This document shows, piece after piece, positions 7,325-15,633 of a stretch of 20,000 bases of DNA. Numbering within the stretch: position 1 is the stretch's first letter; every line of letters starts with the position of its first letter. Location of the stretch: IMG/VR virus record IMGVR_UViG_3300021131_000005, one strand, 5' to 3'. The notes under the pieces are model-generated. The model was not told where the DNA came from. It saw only the letters and a list, made by a program, of their open reading frames with translations, and did no database searches. The stretch comes from an uncultured virus (IMG/VR IMGVR_UViG_3300021131_000005) (lineage: Duplodnaviria > Heunggongvirae > Uroviricota > Caudoviricetes). The position numbers were made by a program, and so were the translations under genes.

Positions 7325-7806
7325 AAATAATTTTCACCATCATAATCTACTGTGATTTTTGTGGGGTATGTAGGGGGCGTGATTGAAGAAATAAGTCTAT
7401 TGCAAGTAGTAGCTTGTAAATCACCATCAATACCACACTCCCAAGCCTTATCTATAATTTCTTCCAACTCATCCATTGTCAAATGAAACTCCCTACCTAC
7501 CGATTTGCGACCAGCGAGGAAACTATCCTTTCTTAAATATAACTCATGCCCCGTTAAGTCATCAAAACTTTTTTTATTGATGTATTCCTCTGCCAATTCC
7601 TCATCAGTCTTTGGTTTGCGGATGAGGGTGGAAGGAAGTAGATAAATTTCATCATACAGTCTACTATCTTTGTGGCAATCTGTAATATCGGTACTTGCTA
7701 TTGCCACCATATAGCCATCGGCTTCATCCTCAAACTCTAATAGTCTAATTATACCACCATCAATTTCCAGCGTCTCATCTTTTACCCTAAACACTTTCTT
7801 TTCCAT
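7297..7806 (-). CDS. Hypothetical protein
   Basis: ORF track, 169 aa. Confidence 0.75.
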   Translation of the reverse strand: MEKKVFRVKDETLEIDGGIIRLLEFEDEADGYMVAIASTDITDCHKDSRLYDEIYLLPSTLIRKPKTDEELAEEYINKKSFDDLTGHELYLRKDSFLAGRKSVGREFHLTMDELEEIIDKAWECGIDGDLQATTCNRLISSITPPTYPTKITVDYDGENYLWETLKAEY

Positions 7807-7836
7807 GTTTTATTATTTTATCCAATTTATAATCTT

Positions 7837-8040
7837 TTATCCAAGCGTCCTCCAATATTTGAGTGAGGGGTAGGAGTTATCTCTAACTGCTTTCAATTCC
7901 TCAATTACATCAAATATCTCACCCTCTTTTTTACCGTCTGTTTGATGCCAATAGTTTTCCCATACATTTATCTTTTCTTCCAACCATTCTCTACTGATAA
8001 CCAACCCATCAGATGGAAGTATTTGTTTAGTGTTGCTCAT
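7837..8040 (-). CDS. Paralog of 6447..6743 with an apparent 1-nt frameshift near its 3' end
   Basis: N-terminal identity; the alternative frame after 7867-7870 reads PLTQILEDAW, matching PLTPIVEDAF in the paralog. Confidence 0.65.
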   Translation of the reverse strand: MSNTKQILPSDGLVISREWLEEKINVWENYWHQTDGKKEGEIFDVIEELKAVRDNSYPSLKYWRTLG

Positions 8041-8221
8041 TTTCTTCGTTTAAATTACTTAAAATAATACCACCTATAAATGCCATAGGTATACCTAATA
8101 GAAACCCTCTATGTACGCTGCATAAATAACCACTAACTACTAGCAGGATTATTCCTAAATCTAGTTTAAATTCTTTATTCATTTTAAAGAAGTTTTTTTG
8201 CATTAGATAATATTTCTTCAA
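8027..8221 (-). CDS. Small two-TM membrane protein
   Basis: ORF track; likely start at MNKEFKLD; two hydrophobic segments. Confidence 0.6.
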   Translation of the reverse strand: MKKYYLMQKNFFKMNKEFKLDLGIILLVVSGYLCSVHRGFLLGIPMAFIGGIILSNLNEENEQH

Positions 8222-8402
8222 CTCTATTGGGATGTGCTATTTTGCCACTTATTACATCTATCAATTCCCTATGACTAGCCTCTAATGGGGTGTAGTATGT
8301 TTCAAATAATTGCCTACAAGCTAACACCATAGCACCTCTATCACTACCCTTAAATACGGTAAACGCATCTTGTATTACGTTTTCAATTTGTTCCTTGTTC
8401 AT
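8184..8402 (-). CDS. Hypothetical protein, first gene of the leftward operon
   Basis: ORF track; A-rich leader and promoter directly upstream. Confidence 0.7.
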   Translation of the reverse strand: MNKEQIENVIQDAFTVFKGSDRGAMVLACRQLFETYYTPLEASHRELIDVISGKIAHPNRVEEILSNAKKLL

Positions 8403-8425
8403 TTTTTTACTTTTTTAGTGTAATG

Positions 8426-8457
8426 CAAATGTAAGGGGATAATTTAGAATAACCAAA
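8426..8457 (-). promoter_or_regulatory. Leftward Bacteroidota-type promoter
   Basis: TTTG(G)-N20-TACATTTG on the minus strand. Confidence 0.75.
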
Positions 8458-8487
8458 CTTTTTTTTATAATTTGCTAAAAAATACTT

Positions 8488-8519
8488 TTTGGTAAATTAA
8501 ATATGTATTTATATATTTG
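8488..8519 (+). promoter_or_regulatory. Rightward Bacteroidota-type promoter
   Basis: TTTG(G)-N20-TATATTTG, followed by CAGCG. Confidence 0.75.
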
Positions 8520-8542
8520 CAGCGTATCAAACAAATAAAGTA

Positions 8543-8737
8543 ATGGCAAAAGAAAAAATTACATTTCAGCAAGCATTAGTAAAGGCTATGGATGGAAGAA
8601 CTAACAGGTGGTTAATGAATAAGTGCGGTATTCACGAAAGTGAGTTATCCCGTATAGTAAAAGGTAGGCTTGCGCCGACAGATGGGCAAGTTGAAAAAAT
8701 AAAAGTAGTATTTCCTGATTTAAAATTTGATAAATAA
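8543..8737 (+). CDS. XRE/Cro-family helix-turn-helix regulator
   Basis: NRWLMNKCGIHESELSRIVKGRLAP HTH pattern; first gene after the divergent promoters. Confidence 0.8.
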   Translation: MAKEKITFQQALVKAMDGRTNRWLMNKCGIHESELSRIVKGRLAPTDGQVEKIKVVFPDLKFDK

Positions 8738-9288
8738 TGGTAACAATATATACATTGTCTACTAATGTAAATGAAATATTCTATGTAGGTGCTACTAGAA
8801 AAACATTAAAGGAAAGGTTTTATGGTCACGGATGCTTATTAAAATCAATGAATTTAAAAAAGGCAGACGTAAAAATAGAAGAAATTGAAACTTGTAACAA
8901 TTCTATTGCTAGATACGTTGAGTTATATTGGATTAATCAATTCAAATCTTGGGGATTTAATCTTAAAAATAAAGCAATACATAGTTTTAGTTACAGGACA
9001 TTAAGTGATAGCCCTATTAAATATCCAAATGGAATATCGCCCCTTGATGAATATCAAGATAAAATATCGGTACTTAATAAAGAAGTACAACTTAGGGATT
9101 TAGATAAATTAACTAGATATAGTAAATTAGGCAGACCAGTTTTATGCTGTAAAGGCACTTATTTTAGATATGCTAATAAAAAAGGATATAATGATTGCTT
9201 GGCTAAACATATATTTCACGAATTATCAAAAATATTAAAGGCTCGTGGCGTTGATGTTGATTCTATATTAAAAGAACTTAACTCTTAA
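8737..9288 (+). CDS. GIY-YIG nuclease domain protein
   Basis: TIY...FYVGAT...L.ERF.GH...E.YWI..F...G.NL.N. Confidence 0.75.
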   Translation: MVTIYTLSTNVNEIFYVGATRKTLKERFYGHGCLLKSMNLKKADVKIEEIETCNNSIARYVELYWINQFKSWGFNLKNKAIHSFSYRTLSDSPIKYPNGISPLDEYQDKISVLNKEVQLRDLDKLTRYSKLGRPVLCCKGTYFRYANKKGYNDCLAKHIFHELSKILKARGVDVDSILKELNS

Positions 9289-9298
9289 AACAAATAAC

Positions 9299-9523
9299 AT
9301 GAAAGAAGTAAAACACTTACTATTAGACGCAATCACTTTATGCAATAGTATAGATAACGGTTTTAGTCTATTTGAAAGCATAGACGATGAACACAAGGTA
9401 GATTTACTGTATGATGCTAAAGTCAAACTTGCATCCAAAGTAGCAGAACTTAACAACATTCTTAACCCACAACCCTTGCAGTCAGTAGTAGAGATTGAAG
9501 AGGAAGTGTTAAATGGTAAATAA
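9299..9523 (+). CDS. Hypothetical protein
   Basis: ORF track; in operon orientation. Confidence 0.65.
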   Translation: MKEVKHLLLDAITLCNSIDNGFSLFESIDDEHKVDLLYDAKVKLASKVAELNNILNPQPLQSVVEIEEEVLNGK

Positions 9524-9524
9524 A

Positions 9525-9764
9525 ATGGATTGGATAAAAGTAAGTGATAGGTTGCCTGATTATAACATAGAAGTTTTAGTTTTTGGTGAAAGAAAACGCA
9601 TGAATCCACAAATGGGCGGGGCTTATATACAAATAAGTAAAAGACAAAATTTAGATGGTAATTTTACTTTAAGAGAAATTGAGCGTATGCAAGATGAGAA
9701 TGAATTTTCCCTAATGCAATATGTTACCCACTGGATGCCTTTACCCGAAACCCCACAAGATTAA
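9525..9764 (+). CDS. DUF551-family phage protein
   Basis: MDWIKVSDRLP...VLV...VTHWMPLPETP; track start 9513, canonical start 9525. Confidence 0.85.
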   Translation: MDWIKVSDRLPDYNIEVLVFGERKRMNPQMGGAYIQISKRQNLDGNFTLREIERMQDENEFSLMQYVTHWMPLPETPQD

Positions 9765-9787
9765 TTCACAATTAAACGATAAATAAA

Positions 9788-10240
9788 ATGAGAGTAAAAA
9801 TTGAAGATTACAGGGGTTGGGAAATAATGTTTGATACAGATGATGAAACTTTCTACACAGAATCAAACAAATGGGATACTAGCAAGACTAAAAACATCTA
9901 TTCAAGTGTAAAAAAATACATTGATGATTTTATTAAAGACAATACAAAGTTTGTTCCATTTTATGTACAAAAACATTACAATGGTGACCCTAAATTAATA
10001 ATAGGAACTAGAAAAGACGGCGATTTTTTGTATAAGGATAAAAATGGTAGTGTCAATAAAATAGGCAGACATGAAGAAAGCGAATATTACAAAGTAAATT
10101 CCGATAATGAAAGTATATATTCTGAGTTAAGAATTTTAGACGAAAAATTTGAAGAGTTAAGACTGAAACAAAAAGAACTTAATTCTAAGTTAATAAAAGT
10201 GAAATTGAAAGATATTCGTAATGAATCTATTGAATTTTAA
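9788..10240 (+). CDS. Hypothetical phage protein (IEDYRGWEI.FD...)
   Basis: ORF track, 150 aa; C-terminal coiled coil. Confidence 0.75.
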   Translation: MRVKIEDYRGWEIMFDTDDETFYTESNKWDTSKTKNIYSSVKKYIDDFIKDNTKFVPFYVQKHYNGDPKLIIGTRKDGDFLYKDKNGSVNKIGRHEESEYYKVNSDNESIYSELRILDEKFEELRLKQKELNSKLIKVKLKDIRNESIEF

Positions 10241-10250
10241 AATAAATAAA

Positions 10251-10616
10251 ATGAGAGAAATAATTTTTAAAGGTCGAGTAAAAGACGAAGAGCAAAGCGA
10301 ATTTTACGACAAATGGTTTTACGGTGATTTGATACAACTTGCAGACGGTTCTACATTTATAAGGCAGCAAGAATCAGGTACTGGATTGGAAGTGATACCC
10401 GAAACTGTTGGACAATATAGTGGAGTGAGAGATAGGAATGGTAATAAGATATTTGAGGGGGATATAGTAGATACTCACGCTAACTTTGAAGACCCTTATG
10501 TTAGAGAGGTTATTTGGGGTGAAAATTGCGGATTAGAGTTTAAGCCACTTACAGGTTATAACCTTTGTAAAGCAAATGAACATCATTTTAAAATCATTCG
10601 TAACATTCACGACTAA
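10251..10616 (+). CDS. YopX-family phage protein
   Basis: MREIIFKGR...W.YGDL...VIPETVGQYSG..D.NG.KIFEGDIV...I..NIHD. Confidence 0.9.
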   Translation: MREIIFKGRVKDEEQSEFYDKWFYGDLIQLADGSTFIRQQESGTGLEVIPETVGQYSGVRDRNGNKIFEGDIVDTHANFEDPYVREVIWGENCGLEFKPLTGYNLCKANEHHFKIIRNIHD

Positions 10617-10627
10617 GCCCCCATACC

Positions 10628-10702
10628 ATGCTTGCCATATTTATAATAACACTAATTATTGACATCGCTACCTATATAGGGGCGGAAAAAGAAAGAAACT
10701 AA
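10628..10702 (+). CDS. Possible 24-aa hydrophobic peptide (MLAIFIITLIIDIATYIGAEKERN)
   Basis: Manual translation; TAATG coupling to 10702. Confidence 0.4.
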   Translation: MLAIFIITLIIDIATYIGAEKERN

Positions 10703-10938
10703 TGTCTAAACACAAATTCCCACACGGTCACACATTCGGAGGTAGAAAAGAAAAGACGTATAAGACGAAGCAGCTACACAGGCGCATACCAGAGGATATA
10801 TTTACAGAAGTAGCTAGTCAGGTATATGAAATGGTTAAAAATTATGAACTGCTAAACGGTCACAAAAAGAGTGATAGTTTAGTACACCTTAAAAGTTTGC
10901 AAGGGTTATTAGATGATGTTAACGAAACCTTAAAATAA
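10702..10938 (+). CDS. Hypothetical, possibly DNA-binding (HKFPHGHTFGGRK...RRIPED)
   Basis: ORF track; GGRK hook plus RHH-like segment (weak). Confidence 0.6.
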   Translation: MSKHKFPHGHTFGGRKEKTYKTKQLHRRIPEDIFTEVASQVYEMVKNYELLNGHKKSDSLVHLKSLQGLLDDVNETLK

Positions 10939-10947
10939 CCTTAAAAT
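10926..10947 (+). repeat. 11-bp tandem duplication (AACCTTAAAAT)x2
   Basis: Direct reading; lies just upstream of the 10982 promoter. Confidence 0.8.
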
Positions 10948-10961
10948 ACTATTTTGTATAT

Positions 10962-10989
10962 TTTGGTATCATTAATTACATTATCTTTG
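10962..10989 (+). promoter_or_regulatory. Internal rightward promoter
   Basis: TTTGG...TATCTTTG (10982-10989), then an A-rich leader to ATG 11030. Confidence 0.65.
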
Positions 10990-11029
10990 TCCTATCAAAG
11001 CAATTAAGCAGCGAGTTAAAAAGAAAAAA

Positions 11030-11227
11030 ATGAAAAATTACAAAGTATGTATCAGTTATGTATTAGACCCATTTAGGGATAGAAAATTAGATACTCCCGA
11101 AACTATTACAGTTGAATTTGATAATGTATTAGCTTCAAACGAAAGCGAAGCAAGAGATTTGGCGAAAGAAATAAGCCACGAACACGATAATAAAAGTGTT
11201 TGGGAAAGTTGGGCTTACGAAAATTAA
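11030..11227 (+). CDS. Hypothetical protein (V.ASNESEAR.LA motif)
   Basis: ORF track. Confidence 0.7.
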   Translation: MKNYKVCISYVLDPFRDRKLDTPETITVEFDNVLASNESEARDLAKEISHEHDNKSVWESWAYEN

Positions 11228-11266
11228 CTCACAGGGCGGCTAAAAACCGCCCATAAATCTTAACAC

Positions 11267-11476
11267 ATGAGACACGAAAAAATAATAAAAGACGAAAGGG
11301 GAATAATTAGGATAGATGTAAATATGGAATCAAGCTATAATACAGTATATTGGCGTGTAAATACATTTCTTAAAGCTCCTAGAAAAAAGAATGAAGTTTG
11401 GGTAGAAAATATTGCTACCCCCGCCGAAATACTAGAGGCTAAACTAGAATTGTGGAACTTAATTAAACCTTCTTAA
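11267..11476 (+). CDS. Hypothetical phage protein
   Basis: ORF track. Confidence 0.7.
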   Translation: MRHEKIIKDERGIIRIDVNMESSYNTVYWRVNTFLKAPRKKNEVWVENIATPAEILEAKLELWNLIKPS

Positions 11477-11477
11477 C

Positions 11478-11564
11478 ATGACACCTACAAACATCAAACA
11501 CATTCAAACGATATTAATAGTAGCACTATGCTTGGCTATTATGTTGTTTGCTGATAGTATTTAA
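11478..11564 (+). CDS. 28-aa membrane peptide (MTPTNIKHIQTILIVALCLAIMLFADSI)
   Basis: Manual translation; single TM; fills the gap. Confidence 0.55.
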   Translation: MTPTNIKHIQTILIVALCLAIMLFADSI

Positions 11565-11586
11565 TCACATAGTAAAATAGAAAAAA

Positions 11587-12153
11587 ATGAGAGCAAGCAA
11601 AGAATTAATCAATCACCTAAGTAGTAGCTTATGGAATGTTATTCAGGCGCAAATACAAAGTGTATTGAATGGGTTTGAGGGTAATCCATTAGAGGAAACC
11701 CCACCACAAAGAGATTGGACGGGGGTGATGTTCAAACACAAGTAAGTGTATAATGGTAAAATATACTTTATTAAAGAAAAAGACGTTGACGGATATATAA
11801 TTACTTGGGGAACAGAAGAAAGAGCTAAATATGATGAAGAGCTTGTAAACGAGTATTTTTCAAAAGGTACTTGGATAGAAATCCCCAACGACCAACAGCC
11901 CACTATCCACGCAGATAAACCCCGTGACCCGCTGAATCTATTTGATATGGAAAAGAGGATAGAGGCGTTGGAAGCTGCGACATTTGGAAGCAAACAAAAC
12001 CTCGACATCGAAGATTGGGAAACGGTTGAGTGTTTGTCTTATGAAGAGATAACAAAAATTATAGAAGATAAATGTAGTGGATTACTTGATTGCACCGATA
12101 AAGACGATATAGAAGAATTTAAGGCATACATCAAACAAAAACTTAACAAGTAA
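11587..12153 (+). pseudogene. Gene with an in-frame TAA at 11743-11745 (…RDWTGVMFKHK*VYNGKIYFIK…), or two abutting in-frame ORFs
   Basis: ATG 11587 with A-rich leader is in frame with track ORF 11746..12153, whose GTG directly follows the stop. Confidence 0.55.
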
Positions 12154-12185
12154 ACAGTAAGGTCACTTTACGACCGTGAAATAAG

Positions 12186-12689
12186 ATGAAACAGTTATTT
12201 ATCGCACTACTATGCGCATCGTTATTCGCTTCATGCGAAAATGTACCTTCTCAAACAGCAGATGAGAAAACAACACAAATGCAATCTAACCTTGAACAAG
12301 AGGCGGTTGCACAAGTTGGAATCCCTGCAATCCACAATTTTCAAGAAAAGAAGTTGTTAAAGCAGATATATGAATTAAGGGATAATGAAAAGCTAGTTTG
12401 TTATGCCTATTTATTTAATGCTATGCAAGGTAAATTAATTTTTATTGGCAAGTGCATAGGGTATGGTATTCCTTATTCTACACAGTACAGTAACCCTCAA
12501 AAATTAGTTAGAGGGGATTTGGGTCAATATAGAGGGGATATACCAATAGCACAAGCAGAACCTAACGGCTTATTCATGCCAACATCAAGCGAAGGTACAT
12601 GGGTAATGCTTTTAGATGAAAGTGGCACACCTCATCCCGTTTATATTGAACCACAAGTAATAGTTTCACCTTTTAAATTAAATTTATAA
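12186..12689 (+). CDS. Conserved phage lipoprotein
   Basis: Lipobox LFASC; GKCIGYGIPYSTQYSNP...QAEPNGLF...GTWV...PVYIEP.VIVSPF.L, a recurrent phage family. Confidence 0.8.
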   Translation: MKQLFIALLCASLFASCENVPSQTADEKTTQMQSNLEQEAVAQVGIPAIHNFQEKKLLKQIYELRDNEKLVCYAYLFNAMQGKLIFIGKCIGYGIPYSTQYSNPQKLVRGDLGQYRGDIPIAQAEPNGLFMPTSSEGTWVMLLDESGTPHPVYIEPQVIVSPFKLNL

Positions 12690-13024
12690 TGAAAACAGTA
12701 TTAGCAGCACTAGGGGGAATAATAGCCTTTACATTACTATTAGTAGGATTGTCTTTTGCGTTTGGTTGGTCGGGTGTTCTTTATACTAAAACAGTAGGTA
12801 AAGCACAAGAAAACGCCCGTAGGAAAGTATTTGAGCAAACGCAATCTTATGTAGAAGGCAAAGCACAAGAATTGACAAAATACAGATTAGAGTATCAAAC
12901 AGAAAAAGACCCAGTGGCAAAAGAAGCAATAAGGCAAACTATTATTCAATCATTCTCAAATGTTGATGCTAGTAAAATGCCTTTTGAATTACAATCTTTT
13001 CTATCACAAGTTAGAGGGTATTAA
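12689..13024 (+). CDS. Membrane-anchored protein, partner of the lipoprotein
   Basis: N-terminal TM helix; ENARRKVFEQTQSYVEGKAQEL.KY..EY; TAATG coupling. Confidence 0.8.
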   Translation: MKTVLAALGGIIAFTLLLVGLSFAFGWSGVLYTKTVGKAQENARRKVFEQTQSYVEGKAQELTKYRLEYQTEKDPVAKEAIRQTIIQSFSNVDASKMPFELQSFLSQVRGY

Positions 13025-13059
13025 TTTTTAACCCCCAACAGAGGTAAATAACAAAAATA

Positions 13060-13094
13060 AAAAAGCCCCGTAATATTATATTACGGGGCTTTTT
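13060..13094. terminator. Bidirectional intrinsic terminator
   Basis: AAAAAGCCCCGTAATA-TTA-TATTACGGGGCTTTTT, perfect 16-bp arms between convergent operons. Confidence 0.9.
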
Positions 13095-13109
13095 CGCTGT
13101 TAGATGCTA

Positions 13110-13298
13110 CTATAATTTAAGTTTTATCCAGTTTAACTTTTCTTTTCTTCGCTGCAAAATATCATAACGTTTAGTTAATTGAATTATAACCCTAGTAGGT
13201 AGGGAGTTGTTTAGTTTCTTTCTTATCTTGTGTTGCTCTGTTTCTGTTATGTGAGATAATCTAAATGCAAGGGGGAAACGATTGTCTTTTCGGGGCAT
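13110..13298 (-). CDS. Hypothetical basic protein
   Basis: ORF track. Confidence 0.55.
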   Translation of the reverse strand: MPRKDNRFPLAFRLSHITETEQHKIRKKLNNSLPTRVIIQLTKRYDILQRRKEKLNWIKLKL

Positions 13299-13300
13299 GA

Positions 13301-13468
13301 TTACTTAGATTCGTATTGTGTCTGATAATAAGCCCTTAATGTTCGCTGCAAGGACTTCTTTTTGTTTTCTGCTGCAAAGGGGTTTTTACACTTTCCCAAA
13401 CGGATGTTTTCACTTATCCTATTAATTTGGGCTTGTAGTTTGTAGGGGTTTATTTGTTGCTGTGCCAT
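13301..13468 (-). CDS. 55-aa protein (MAQQQINPYKLQAQINRISENIRLGKC...), not in ORF track
   Basis: Manual translation; TAATG coupling to the upstream gene. Confidence 0.6.
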   Translation of the reverse strand: MAQQQINPYKLQAQINRISENIRLGKCKNPFAAENKKKSLQRTLRAYYQTQYESK

Positions 13469-13695
13469 TAGTAAGACCTTTCGTTGTGAATAAATCTCTT
13501 TGACCTTTCGGGGTTTTCACCCTTTCTGCTATTCTCGGTAAAAGGCAAATCTATTGGGTATATTTCGTCTAAACGCTGCTTGTCTATCCAAACCCCCTTA
13601 TCGTAATATTTACCCCCTTCGCTATCCATTTTAAAGGGAAGTGATTGCCTTATATTCTTATTCTTTGTGTACTGGGCTACTGATAGTATTGCCAT
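13468..13695 (-). CDS. Hypothetical protein
   Basis: ORF track. Confidence 0.65.
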   Translation of the reverse strand: MAILSVAQYTKNKNIRQSLPFKMDSEGGKYYDKGVWIDKQRLDEIYPIDLPFTENSRKGENPERSKRFIHNERSY

Positions 13696-13709
13696 TGCTT
13701 AATTGGGGT

Positions 13710-13850
13710 TTAAATACCTTTAATAATAACTCTTATCCTTTCTGCGTATTCTTTAGTGATGTATCTACAATGAATGTATCTTACCTTTTCAATCCAAAAG
13801 TAAAAATAGTAGCCTATATCCTTTCTGTAAAATATCTTAGTTGTTTTCAT
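13710..13850 (-). CDS. 46-aa aromatic-rich protein (MKTTKIFYRKDIGYYFYFW...)
   Basis: Manual translation; fills the gap. Confidence 0.5.
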   Translation of the reverse strand: MKTTKIFYRKDIGYYFYFWIEKVRYIHCRYITKEYAERIRVIIKGI

Positions 13851-13857
13851 AAATACT

Positions 13858-15063
13858 CTAGTGTGCTACAAATGTAGCTTTGCGCAATCTGCTTACGAAA
13901 TTGTTTTGCTTTGTTTTTAACTCCCCTTTGGTAGTGATGTACATAGTGGGATATGTTTCAATCTTCGCTGCTTTTTTAGGTGCATTAATGATTATTGGTT
14001 TATGGCTACAAGGGGAAACTAAAACAGTATCAATCCCATTTGTAAAACTAAAAACCCTATCATTCGCTGCAAACATTTGTATATCCTGACCTTTGAAAAT
14101 AGCCAACGATTCAGCTAATAATTTGCCATTAAAGGAAACTTCCATATCAAAACTACTTTCACAATTACAATTTAATCTAGTGTAAGCATCGGTATCGAAG
14201 TCCAAACTTTCAGCACTAATATGTAATTGATTTTTGTAAGCATCCGCCCCATTACTCAAAATAGTAACTATTGGCATATACTTACACATTGCAGAAGGTA
14301 TCATTTGTTTTACAGCCTTAACAAACCCATTTGAATTAAAACAAATAGGCTGCAATGATTCAGTATTAGGTACAACTGCTTTATAGTCTGGGTACTTGCA
14401 ATAGTCATCCTTAAATAGTGCAACTTTCAAATCGTTAAAATACGCTGTTTCCTTATCCACTACTTTTATAGTTAGTGGGGATTCATAGTCAACTTTTGCG
14501 CTGCTTAATTCCTTTAATGATTCAGATGTGATAAGTATTTTGAAAGGGGTTTTGTCGTTTCTTTCGTAACCCCTTTTTTGCCCCAAATAAAGCCTATGAC
14601 TATCAGTTGCCACTACTTGTACACTTTTGCCGTTAAAATCCAAACAAACGCATTGCAATTGTGGTTTTAAGTCGTCCTTGCTTATGTACTTAGCAGCCTT
14701 CTTTATGTCGTCTAATATTTCAGGCACTACTATTACACCCATAATAAATTCTGTTATTTCTACTCTAGTGTTTTTGTAAGGTAGCCCCACTAAATCACAT
14801 AGGGAATAAAAGTAGGCATTATCAATAGGTATGGGGAATTTATAACAACCGTTTTTAGTGGTTACTTTCAAGTCCATTTGGATAATAGTTTTGCCGTTAA
14901 TATCCTTATCAAAATTCTTTTCGATCCCTTGTATTAATTCCCCACTAACTATGTCATTTTTTACCTCAACTAATAGTTTGTGTATAGTAGCATAATGTCT
15001 GCCTACTTCGCTATTCCCCTTTTGTGGGATTCCGATTGCTTTTAAAATTTCGTTGCTTTTCAT
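13858..15063 (-). CDS. dnaN: DNA polymerase III beta sliding clamp-like protein (divergent)
   Basis: ISKDDLKPQLQCV (cf. A..D.R..L.G), VVATDSHRL (VATDGHRL), KYPDYKAVVP (RFPDYRRVLP), MEVSFNGKLL (MEIGFN..Y). Confidence 0.8.
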   Translation of the reverse strand: MKSNEILKAIGIPQKGNSEVGRHYATIHKLLVEVKNDIVSGELIQGIEKNFDKDINGKTIIQMDLKVTTKNGCYKFPIPIDNAYFYSLCDLVGLPYKNTRVEITEFIMGVIVVPEILDDIKKAAKYISKDDLKPQLQCVCLDFNGKSVQVVATDSHRLYLGQKRGYERNDKTPFKILITSESLKELSSAKVDYESPLTIKVVDKETAYFNDLKVALFKDDYCKYPDYKAVVPNTESLQPICFNSNGFVKAVKQMIPSAMCKYMPIVTILSNGADAYKNQLHISAESLDFDTDAYTRLNCNCESSFDMEVSFNGKLLAESLAIFKGQDIQMFAANDRVFSFTNGIDTVLVSPCSHKPIIINAPKKAAKIETYPTMYITTKGELKTKQNNFVSRLRKATFVAH

Positions 15064-15090
15064 TTTTTAGATGTTTTTTTAGATGTGTTA

Positions 15091-15363
15091 TTAAATTTCT
15101 CCTTTTAAAATGACTTTACCATACTCTCTGATTCTGCCATTATCTACATCCGCTATAAATAAAGAACAACTCCCTTTATTTTCACGATTCCAATAATGTA
15201 CGGTCATTATTTCACGCCACCTTTGTTCTGTTTTGACATAATGTTTTTTAGCTTCCGTTTTGTTGGTGAAAAATGATAATTCAGAAAATGCTGTTTCAAC
15301 TTGCTTATCGCCTTTTAGTTTAAAATTGCATCTGTTAACAAATGCACTTACTCCGTAAATCAT
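15091..15363 (-). CDS. Hypothetical protein
   Basis: Track ORF 15091..15399; ATG 15363 (MIYGVSAF) is likelier than the GTG inside a hairpin. Confidence 0.6.
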   Translation of the reverse strand: MIYGVSAFVNRCNFKLKGDKQVETAFSELSFFTNKTEAKKHYVKTEQRWREIMTVHYWNRENKGSCSLFIADVDNGRIREYGKVILKGEI

Positions 15364-15407
15364 AATATTAGTTGCAGTTTTTAAAGTGCTGCGCTGCACC
15401 TTTGTTA

Positions 15408-15629
15408 TTAAATATAATCTTTAGTAAGTTCTTCAAAATAGGGTTTATCTAACCTTCTTATTAAACCCCCTAATGTACCATTATTAATTCTATTACTTAA
15501 TACAAGGGGGGAGCAATAGTTTCTACGCTGCTTCTTATCAGTAAGGCACATGAAACGGGCATAAGTAACACTTGCGGGTTCTTTGCTTAACTCATCGTTT
15601 AGTTTATTTTCTTTCTCTAGTAATGTCAT
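15408..15629 (-). CDS. Hypothetical protein (G.LIRRLD...F motif)
   Basis: ORF track. Confidence 0.7.
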   Translation of the reverse strand: MTLLEKENKLNDELSKEPASVTYARFMCLTDKKQRRNYCSPLVLSNRINNGTLGGLIRRLDKPYFEELTKDYI

Positions 15630-15633
15630 CGTA

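Noticed and set aside
9268..9609. Minus-strand 113-aa ORF
   Set aside because: Antisense to coupled plus-strand genes; Ser/Leu-rich shadow composition
11643..12008. Minus-strand 121-aa ORF
   Set aside because: Antisense shadow; that it stays open across 11743 is consistent with one continuous plus-strand gene
13038..13046. 9-nt match (ACAGAGGTA) complementary to the putative 3442-3492 sRNA
   Set aside because: Too short to distinguish from chance
13641..14089. Plus-strand ORFs 13641..13877 and 13880..14089
   Set aside because: Antisense to minus-strand genes including the clamp; hydrophobic look is typical of reverse-complemented Lys/Asn-rich genes
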